The translations under genes and the position numbers were made by a program. Under the pieces are notes generated by a model. That model did no database searches and had not been told where the DNA came from. It saw nothing but the letters and a program-made list of their open reading frames with translations. From Dimorphilus gyrociliatus (Eukaryota > Animalia > Annelida), in contig CAJFCJ010000009.1 in assembly GCA_904063045.1 (NCBI GenBank), positions 414,942 through 478,941 of the forward strand: a DNA stretch of 64,000 nucleotides. The letters run 5' to 3'. Below, piece by piece: positions 27,301 to 37,517 of the stretch. Position 1 is the first letter of the stretch. Each line of letters starts with the position of its first letter.

Positions 27301-27462
27301 AAATACCACTTCGAATCGTGTACTATCAAGTAAAAGGAGGAACCTAAGGAGAGAAATGCCAAACTGATTTGAAAATGATTATCTGAAAGGCTACTCTTTA
27401 TATATTATCCGCATTCAAAGATGTAAACTTCAGGCATCGTGCATATAAGATTTACTACTGCA

Positions 27463-27495
27463 TATATATATATATATATATATACTGTATATATA
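27463..27495. repeat. (AT)n microsatellite interrupted by CTG
   Basis: atatatatatatatatatatactgtatatata. Confidence 0.85.
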
Positions 27496-29112
27496 GCGTT
27501 TGTATGTACCATAAAATGCAGTATATATGATCTGAACAGTTTTATTACTAATACATTATCATTTATCTATATTAGATTATATGCAATATATTAACTTATT
27601 ATATAATTTATACTATATACAATGTATAGAGCATGTTCTATATCCGTATACTAATTTTGATACGTTGATTGTGGGAAATTAGCTAAAAATTTAATATTCT
27701 CCAACTTAAATTACGTCGCTCATTTATTATTCTATAAAAATTATTTGATGAAAGGCGTCTAATCGGAGTAAGCGTTCAATTGCTAATCGACAATTTATTG
27801 ATTATCTATTATTTTAAAACAAGTTCTCAGCTAGACCAAACTAAAACTTTGATCGAAGCTTAATAAAATTAGAGATTATAAATAAATTATTTAGAGGCCA
27901 ACTTACATAATTTTTTAATACCTGCTCTTTTCAAAATGAAAGATAGGTTATAAAGTGGAATACTAAAATTGAAATATATCTATATTAATAATAAGAAAAC
28001 TCTTATTTACATAAAAAGTATCATAGATACTTAATGTTCAATAAAACAATATTAACTTTATTAAGGGAAATGAAATGAAATATCCATTCAATGCAAACAA
28101 TAAAAAGGAGAAAGAAAGAGTGAGTTAGAGAGGAGAAATAGATTAATAAATTTATAAATAGCAAGTTACAGAATGAATAAGACTATAACAAAGAAGTATG
28201 AGACAGAGAAAAAGATAGAAATGTATAGGAGTGGGGAGATGTGCACCCAGACACACAAACACAGTACAACAGAGAGAGAAAGAGAGAGAAAGAGAGCGAA
28301 AGAGGGAAGGAGATCGTAAAAAACCTTGTAACTGTATCTTAACATTAATGTAATTAATAACCTTTTTAAAATAAAGAGCCTGCGAGGATATAGCAACATT
28401 TTTTTAGTTATTTGTAGATCTATACATAGAATAGAGAATATATCTATAATATTCTTGTTTTCTTGTTTTTACCATCCAACCAAGGACATGTCGACCCAAT
28501 TCAAGGCAGGACACAAACAGCCTAACAACTTTTAAAGTAGTTACGTAACAACGTACTAAGAGATAATCTCGATTCTATACTTTTAGGAGAAATAATAATA
28601 AAATACTAAATAACAGCCTTGTCTGATAAAACAAACTATATGATTAGCATTTAGCTTCTATAAATATTATATAAGAAACCCCAGATGTCTTTCCCCTATT
28701 GTTTTAATTTTATAAAAGAGGGCTTATCTCTTCTTTATTATATTTTTTTACGTAAGAAAATTGATTATGCGATAAGTTTAATCACGAATATAAAAAATTC
28801 GCTTTAAGCCTATGAACTACCTTCTTTTAAAGATAAGAAGAAACTTCGGGAAATTTCCAATTAATCAAGGGTTATTTGCATGCTTATGAAAAATGCTTGC
28901 ATCTTCTTGTAATGTTTTAGGGGAGATTAAATTGACTATGTTACACTTACATTCACTCTAGAATTGCAAAGAAAAGCTATATTTTAAATGTTCAATGCTT
29001 GTTATTCAAGGTTATTGAACATTGAACTTGTAGATTACTTACGTAACAATTTTTTTTGTGTGAAAACCAATATTTGCATATGCATAAGAACTGATTTTAG
29101 AACATCAAATCG

Positions 29113-29120
29113 TATAAAAG
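29113..29120 (+). promoter_or_regulatory. TATA box of the vitellogenin gene
   Basis: TATAAAAG 64 nt upstream of the ATG at 29177. Confidence 0.6.
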
Positions 29121-29176
29121 CCGAAGCTTCGTTTAGATCTGTACGAAGCAGTCAAGTCGAGGCATAAACAATAAAC

Positions 29177-32100
29177 ATGCAGTCGGCAATTTTGCTTTTG
29201 ATCTCCCTCGCATTCGCTAGTAAGTATATTTCATAAAATTGAATTTTATAACGTTGAATAAACTTTTCTCCTATTTTTATAGGCGCATTCAACATTCAAC
29301 CAAACCCTTTCCAACCTAAACAAGTTGGCACTGATGATGCACTTGTTTTTGATTATGAAAGTGATATTTTACATGGAATTGAAGGTGCTTCACAAACTTA
29401 CTCCGGACTTAAGATTAAGGGACAACTTGTTTGTACTTATGAATTGGCAAGAAGACCTCTATCTGGATCCACTACTCTCAAATTGAGAAATGTTGAAATT
29501 TTGCAAGCTAAACGTTTGGAACTTCCAACTCCTCTCAACCAAATCCCAGTTGGTGATATGGCCAGATTGAGCGATGTTGAAGATCTCGTCGAAATGATCC
29601 AAAAGCCTTTCGGTTTCAAATTTCTTGAATCAGAAATCGATGATGGAAAGATCTATGTCGAAAGAGATGATGAAGATTGGTCTGTCAACATCAAGAGAGC
29701 CATCGTTAGCGGTCTTCAACCATTTTTACCAAAGGAATTTGAAAAAACTCCCCAAGTATTCAATGTACAAGAACGTGATATCAGCGGAACTTGTGATACC
29801 AAAATCACTTACAACAAACTTTCCGGTTCTGATGAGGTCTACGTTTTGAACAAGGTCCGCAACTTCACCAACTGTGAAGAAACCGCTTCTCCAATCTACA
29901 AATTCTCCACCTCTGGTCTTTCTAGATGTTTGGAAAGAACCGAAGATGAATTGACCTGCAAATACGAATTGGTTCCATCAATGAAAACTCAATACGAAAT
30001 TTTGGTATTGGAAGGTTCCGAAACCATCCCAGCTGTTTTACTTCAAGCCAGACAAAACTCTATGTACTTCATCCCAATCACAGGAGTTAAGACCAATACC
30101 GTCGCCGTTCACGGACTCACCTCTATGGTCCTCAAGAAGGTCATCAGAGACAATGGTGAAGTTAGACCAATCACTGGTGGAAGATACGTTTCCAAAAACA
30201 TCGAATTTGAAGTCAACAAGAAACAATTGTTGCCAGAAAGAATCTTGGAAACTATTGAAATGTCTGAACAAGGAAGATTTGAGGAAGAAATTGTTAGAGA
30301 AATCGAAACTTTGCACGGACAAATCAAATTGGGAGCCGAAGAAGTTAAAGTTCAATTGGAAAAGGTTGTTGGTTTGTTGAGAAAATGCACTCCCACCATG
30401 TTGAAGAGAATCATGAAACAAATCAGAGATGAAGAACAACAAACCATTTTGATGGATCTTCTCCCAACTTGCGGTACCCCTGAGTGTGCTACCGTTGTTT
30501 TGGAACTCATCGAAGAAGAATCCGTTTCTCTTGTTAAATCCATTACTTACGTCAAGAGTCTCTCATTGAAAGCTCAACCATGCAAAAAAATCATTGAACA
30601 ATTGTTGAAACTCTCCGAAAGACTCCAAAAAGTCAGCTTGAAGAGAACCGTTGTCCTCGCCGTTGGAACCATGACCGACCGTCTCCAAACTATGTACAAG
30701 GATGCCAGAAGATACGAACAAGTTGAATCTTTCGTTAACAGAATCGTCTCCAAATTGATCGATATTGCCGAAAACAACATCAGAACCAACATGGATAGAT
30801 GCAAGTGCGTCTTGAAAGCCCTCGGAAACATCCAATTGACCAGAGAACAAGTTTCCAAAACTCTTGACTTGGCAAAATCTCAGAAATATGAAACCGAAAT
30901 AAGAATCGAAGCTATCGATACCGTCAGAAAGGTTGAATCTTTTGAATATTTGGAAAAGGTTCTTCTCGAAATCTTCCTTGATCAATCCGAAAATGTTGAA
31001 TTGAGAATGCACTGCGTTAAGTTGCTTGTTGAAAAAGAATGCAGTCTCCCAACTCTCCAAATTATTGTTCAACACATCCAATATGAGCGCAATGTTAACC
31101 TTCAATCTTTCGTTTGCTCAATGTTGAAATCTTACTCTGAAATGGTCTACCCAACCACTGTTGCCGCTCTTTTCAGAGAAAACTTGAAACACTTGCTCAT
31201 CACCAACAAACTCCCAGTTTTCCCAATCCAATACTCTCACACCTTGAAAATGTTCGGTTTGGACATTCCTTCTCTTTCTGGAGCTTACTCTGTCCTTCAA
31301 TACACCACCCCTGTCTCCACCCAAATGGTTCCAGCTTGGATCAACTATAAAACTTACTTGACTGGTATGGGACACGTTACCAAGCCCATTGAAGTTAGCT
31401 TAAAGACCAAAGGATTGCCCCAATACCTCCAACAAGTTTTGGGAAGCAAAGTTTCCATCATTGCCAAGATGCTTGAAGGTGAACTTTCTTTGGAAAAGAT
31501 CAAGGAAATTTTCCAAGAAGAAAGCATGAAATTGCCAAGAGAACTCTACGAATTGTTCAATAACAATGAATACAGAACCTTGTACATGTCCAGAGACTTC
31601 GATATCGAAAAGAACTTGGAATTGAGCATCCGTCTTTTCAACTACGAAACCATCTATTTGGATGTTCCAGCTCTTAGAGAAATCGTTGAAGATGTTTTGA
31701 AAACCCTCATCGTCAAATCTTCCAGCCCAAGAGATATCTACTCCCAAGTTACTGATCTCCTTGAACAATTGCAAACTGGACTTGACATCAGCATGACCAA
31801 TATTTTGGGCTCTGTCAATGCCATGACTCTTATCCCAAGCCCAACTGGACTCAATACTGCATGGAACTCCACCTATGCTAACATCTTCCACATGAGAGGA
31901 CAACTTAAAATCGTTACCGAACCAAGAATCGAAAAATGCATCAAATATCTTCAATTCCCAAGAAAAATCCATATCGAAACCCAAAATAAGGACTTCCAAA
32001 TCAGACACATCTTGATCAAGAGAAACAAATTGGTCAGTGCTATCCCCAAGATCCAAACCGGTGTTATGTATGAAGCTTTCGTTAGCACTATCTTGCCCAT

Positions 32101-34192
32101 CAACGGTGAATTGGAATTGGTTAGAGAACATCCACGAATGACTCTTAGAACCATCTACAAACTTGCCCAAAGACAAAAGCCTTCCGTAACTGCTTACATG
32201 AGACCAGCTACCATCGTTGTTTTGGAAGAAAAGAAAGAAATTAAAGTTTACGAACAAGTCACTCCAATCCTTGCCAAGGAAACCGTTGAACCATTCACCA
32301 TCCAAAAGACCATCCAATTGCCATACCTCTTCCCAGAAATCACCATGGAAGTTGAATCTTGCATCAGAAAGACACCATTCTCTGCTGTTCCCCTTATGGC
32401 ATGCCCCAACAAACTCCGTCTTGTCGTTGAACAAGAATTGGACACCCCAGTTGAACTTTTGGTTGAACTTAGACCATACGAAAGAATCGAAAGACCAATC
32501 ATCAAAGAAACTATGGATGTCGAAAGTGCTTACCAAAAATTGTGGTCTGGCTTGTATGGTGAAGATATCGTTGATATGGTCAATGATACCGATTCTAGAA
32601 TCCCATTCGATTTCGGACATGTTGAAAAACACTTTTACAGATCAGCATTGAAAGTTAAAATCCAACAAAGATCATCCAGCAGATGGCTCTCAACTGTCAG
32701 ACCAGAAGTAGAACTTAACTTGAAATGGATCTTTACCAGAAACTTCCTTCACCACCAATTCGCTGTGTTGATGACCCAAAAGTCTCTTCCCCAAACCTAT
32801 GTCAAGGGACACTTTGTCGCCCCAACTCTTTGCATGAACGGATTCTGCAACCAAAGACAATTCGCTGGTCTTTCCGTCTTCGTTGACCATCGCCGAATCA
32901 GCATGATCAACCTCTTTGTTGAAGATTTGAAGGAAATCAACAAATACTTGGGAATCCATCACGAACAATGCTTCAACCAACAAACTCAACTCTTGAAATA
33001 CGTTCTTCCACAAACCGTCAGGGTTGAAATGAGAAGCTCCCCAATGACCGTTCAACTTCTTCCCAAGAGCGCTATCGAAACCCTTGTTATCCTTCAAGGC
33101 TGGATTCACCAAATCATGGAACAATACGCTGATGTCTCTATGAGATACAACCCAAGAATTGGAGTCCTCAACTACGAATTGCTTGTCAAGATGTGCCCAG
33201 CTTTGGGTAAGGTTGATCTCGTTGCCAACACTATGTTGACCACCATCCGTGCCACCAACCTCCCAGTCTTTACCTTCCTCGTCCCTGATGTTCTTCCAAT
33301 CCGTCCAACAACCGTCAACAGACAATCTCTCTACAAACCAGTCTGCACCAAGACTGCCAAGATTGTCAAAACTTTCGAAGGCAAAGTTTACCACACCTCT
33401 GAAAAGAGCGAATGTGAAACCGTTCTTGCCAAGGATTGCCGTCCAAGACCCCAATGGATGATCACTTCCACAACTGAGGAAACCTCTCAACAAAAAATCG
33501 AAATCTACTACGGACAAGAAAGCCTCATCCAAATCGTTCCAAGATCTTTCGGAGTTCTCCCCAAGTTGATCGTCAACGGCAAACATTTCAACCTCGAAAG
33601 AGAATTGACCTCCCTCAGAATCCCATCTGAATACACCACAGACCACATCGTCTGCCAAAGACAAGGATTTGAAGGACAAACCCAAAAAGTTATTTGCCAA
33701 TCCGAAATCCAAGGATGGACTGTCGTAAGTGACGGTTATGAAACCAAAGTTGTCATTGCCCCAGAAATGAGAGGATACGTTTGCGGTCAATGCGAATACT
33801 TACAAGATAGCAGCAGATCTGAAGAGCTCATCAACCATGTTATCGAATCAGGATCATGCAGAAGAGAAAGAACCCTTTCCCTAAGAACCTGCCAACCTGT
33901 CTTGCAACACAGAATCGTAAAGAGACATCTCAGAAAGGGTGACATGATCTGCATTTCTCAACAAGCTTTCCCAGAATGCCCAAGAACTTGCAGACCAGAA
34001 AACAAATACAGAACCTTGAAGAACGTTAACTTCGTCTGTATGGAGAAAGAAGAAGCCATCTCCAGAGGATACATCCCAGCCCAATACAATGAATACACCG
34101 AAAAAATCGAAAGCATCGATAGAGTCTATGATTTGCCATTCACTGGAAATGAAATCACTGAAGAGCTTTTGGACATTCACGAGAGATGTTAA
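29177..34192 (+). CDS. Vtg: Vitellogenin (large lipid transfer protein), about 1650 aa; exon 1 29177-29219, exon 2 29283-34192
   Basis: Signal peptide MQSAILLLISLAFAS and LPD_N start (FDYESDIL.GI.G...SGLKI) are followed by DISGTCDTK, an alpha-helical domain (LKALGN, IRIEAID) and a vWD domain (KTFEGKVY...CETVLAKDC). The C-terminus is the Cys-rich Vtg type (CISQQAFPECPRTCRP...VNFVC). Confidence 0.9.
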
Positions 34193-34814
34193 TAAACGGA
34201 CTGGCTTTAATAATCCCCCCTATTTAATTTTCGGACTAACGATTTAATTTAAAACTATATAATTTCGTTTTGTTTGGACCGTCTAAGGTTACAAATGTAC
34301 TAGAGTATTAAAACTTTAAATTAATAAATGCATTAAAATCTTTAAAAAAAGACAATAATTTAACAAAACTGGCAAATTATTCTTTATTATTATTTCGTGT
34401 TTATAAGATAAAGACGCTTTTCTTTGTTTTTTTTTTAAAAAAAAACACAAAAAAAACAAAAAAAGTCAAACGCCTATAAACAAAATTGTCTATGATACAA
34501 TATATCAATGAAAATGTAGATAAATAGCGACCTTTCTCCTGTATTATAAAAGAAATAGTGAATGCAGATTCTTTTCCATAACAATTAGAGGCACAAAAAT
34601 GTAATCATCAAGTGAAAGAAAATGTTCCATAAGACATGCAAAAATGAAAGAATCTTTCTTTTTATATCATAAACAAGCCTTTTCTTTGATATAATGAAGC
34701 AGGAACAATGAATGATAATCTTATTCCACTGTAGCAAAAAAAACCGAACATTGTTATAAATAAAACCGATTGAGAGAGGGTACAAAAAAAAACAAGGATC
34801 AAGATAGAGAGAGT

Positions 34815-34839
34815 GTATATATATATATATATATATACA

Positions 34840-34871
<32 letters not shown>
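34815..34871. repeat. Compound (TA)n-CAG-(TA)-(GT)n microsatellite
   Basis: Direct reading. Confidence 0.9.
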
Positions 34872-34978
34872 ATTTTTTACTTCTTCATTATTTTAGGCCT
34901 ATTTAACACTCTAAGCCTAACTGCTTCCTAATCGTTCTTCTTGGGGCCGATCTCCACAGGCTGCTCAGAATAAGGTAT

Positions 34979-36675
34979 CTAAATATTTGATAAACCTATA
35001 TCTAGGGTATTTTTGTTATCTTTAACAGAAATTAGCGAAGTCTTCTTCATATTATTTCCAGTGTAAGCAATACACTTCAGCTGCCATTCGCCTAAAGCAT
35101 CGTCCCAGTCCATCTGTTGTTCAATTATTTCCTGATATTCCAAAGGTATAAAATTGTCAATAATTAGCATTTGTAAACGTAGTTCCTTGTTTAGATTTCG
35201 TAGATTATCTAATAGTCTTTCCATTTCTTTTTGATGTTCTAATTGAATTTCGGCATGTTCTGTTTTAGCTTGAATTAACATGGCCCATATTTTGTTTAAT
35301 TTAGCTGTCTTTCCTGAAGCTTCTTCCTGAAGATTTGAATATTTTTCTTCAATATCCAACTTTTCTTGCTGGAAAACAACATTTATTTCAGTATATGTCT
35401 ATATATATATATATATATAAATATTAATATATATAATATGTCTATATAAAGTATATATTTTTTAGGAATTAGGATTACCTCTTTCTTTTCAAGCTGCTTA
35501 CGAAGTTCTATTTGCTTGAAGGTACCTCTATCCAATTCCTTTGTGCTTTCTTCTAATAATCTTTCTTGTTCTTCGGCCTTTTGTAAAAGATTTTCACCCT
35601 CCACAATTATCTTCTTTTCAATTTGCAGTAGCTTATTCTTAATCATAGCTTTCTCTTTCCTATATGGAGAGAATAATGATGAGAATAATCTATTTTCTAT
35701 TTAAAGTCAGAGGAACCTACTCTGCTTGCCTTAATTCCATTTGTTTTTCAACAAGAACATTCTCAATTCTTAACTTACTTCTAGGACCTTTCTCCCTACT
35801 TTTATTTATCATCCTAATTGTTTCAATTCGATGTTCTAGTGGGAGCTCGTTATCGTGATGAGGTGATAACAAATTGTTTGTCTCCTCTTCGGATTCTTTC
35901 TCGCAACAGAAACCCGATTCATCCCCTGACTCTTCGCTATCTATAAATTTAGAGGAAACAATTTCAACAAGAAAGTAATAGTCAGAAAAACAGATGAAAA
36001 TAACTTTTCCCTATTTTATTTGTTTACTTGTTCTACTACTTTTGAGTAATACTTTTCTAGCGAAAAAAGCACAATTAGTAGGTCAGTCACTCACCTTCTT
36101 GTAATTTCTTTCGTAAATCTTCTATTTCCCTCTGGAATTTAAGAAGTAGAACATCTTTCGGATCGTCTTTAGAATATTCTTTTCTTCTCAGGTTTCTTAC
36201 CCCTCTCGGATATTTGAGAGCGGGAGACGGCTCTTGGTGGATATAATCGGCTGGACCAAGAACAATCTTATGGAAATAAAGAAAGAATATACATGTAAAA
36301 CAGTTCTGGTTTCTATTAAAAAGAATTATCGGGCTTGTTTATAGGGACAATTTTATAAATAAACGTGAATTTTGCATATCTCTATTAAGTATAAACACAG
36401 AATGACACCTGTTTTGAATAAGTTTGCCGTAGTTTGGCCGCATTATTCATCCTCACTATACATCCTGTTTCGCAAGACAAATTATCCAAGTTAGGAAAGC
36501 AGGTCGATTGATTATCACTCCCCGACAATTGATACTTCCTGGATCGTTTCCGTCTAAACAACGTCTTTAAACGTTTGGCTACAGATTTTGGTGAAGGTCT
36601 TTTATTGGTTGACAAAGAAGGCGTTACTTGATCGTTATGTATATTCAATGGGAATTTAGAATAGAACTCATCCAT
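34979..36675 (-). CDS. Motor-less KIF3A (kinesin-II) paralogue, about 409 aa; exons 36675-36409, 36266-36095, 35940-35721, 35659-35479, 35368-34979
   Basis: The stalk/tail closely matches KIF3A ([17 protein letters not shown]...[12 protein letters not shown]...[17 protein letters not shown]; [22 protein letters not shown]). All five exons join in frame via GT-AG. No P-loop or switch motifs are present and there is no room for them before PKD2. Confidence 0.8.
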
Positions 36676-37030
36676 TTCACATATCCTCTCCTCCTGCAAT
36701 ATGTACGTCCAGCAGCTGCAAACTGCAGAGTGATGAGCGAATTGTTTAGCCCACTCTGCAGTATGGCCGTGCAAACACCCACACACGTTTTTGGAAATTT
36801 GCCAATGTATAGTGTGTTAGATCAATTTCACCCTTTACGAAAAATCCTTATGAAAATCGTTAACTCAGCATCATTCCCATAATAGAATCTTAATCGTTTC
36901 TTAAGCTTTACTCTAACTTATAGGCCTATAAAGTATAAGTTAAATCCCAAAGCGATAAACTTATTTTATTAGAGAGAATAACTGAGAGGAAGAAAAGGGG
37001 AATTTTTAAATACTTTAGTTGCTTTTTATT

Positions 37031-37071
37031 TCTCTCTCTCTCTCTCTCCCGCTCTCCCCACGTCTCTCTCT
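37031..37071. repeat. (CT)n microsatellite, interrupted
   Basis: Direct reading. Confidence 0.8.
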
Positions 37072-37517
37072 TCTGTTTTAATAAAATGTTGCCTAAGTGT
37101 TAAAAAATACTAAAGTAAAAATAGAGAAGTAAAAACAAGCTACTTATTTAAATATTTTGCAAGTGAAAATCATTTGTATTGTTTTCTCATACTGAAAAAG
37201 GAAAAGTTAGTTTGCCCGGCTTTTCCCATTCTATTATTTTTTTACTTTTGGACTAATACAAAGAGAATATGAAATCAACTAAAAAAATGATTATTTCAAC
37301 ATCAATTAAGCGTTATTCAACCACTTAATTATAGCCAATAATATAATTTCACATTTAATTAGAGGTTAATGCTTTAGTAGGTGGCGCCAATTGAAGAAAA
37401 TAACCAATTATTACAGGCATTTGCACTTCGTTAGAAGATTGTTTACAGAGAGAAACTGTGAAAATAGAATTTGAAGAAAAAAGTTCTTTGTAACTTTTTC
37501 TGCTTTCCTCAATTTCT

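Noticed and set aside
29122-29131. HSE-like dyad CGAAGCTTCG next to the vitellogenin TATA box
   Set aside because: It has only two nGAAn units and lies downstream of TATA; likely chance.
30038-33790. Long antisense ORFs (410, 366, 180, 134 aa) opposite vitellogenin
   Set aside because: They are codon-register shadows caused by avoidance of TTA/CTA/TCA in the sense gene; they show no recognisable motifs.
36722-36762. SECIS or miR-217-like reading of the hairpin
   Set aside because: The upper stem is too short for a SECIS and no adjacent selenoprotein exists; the miRNA similarity is limited to six seed bases.
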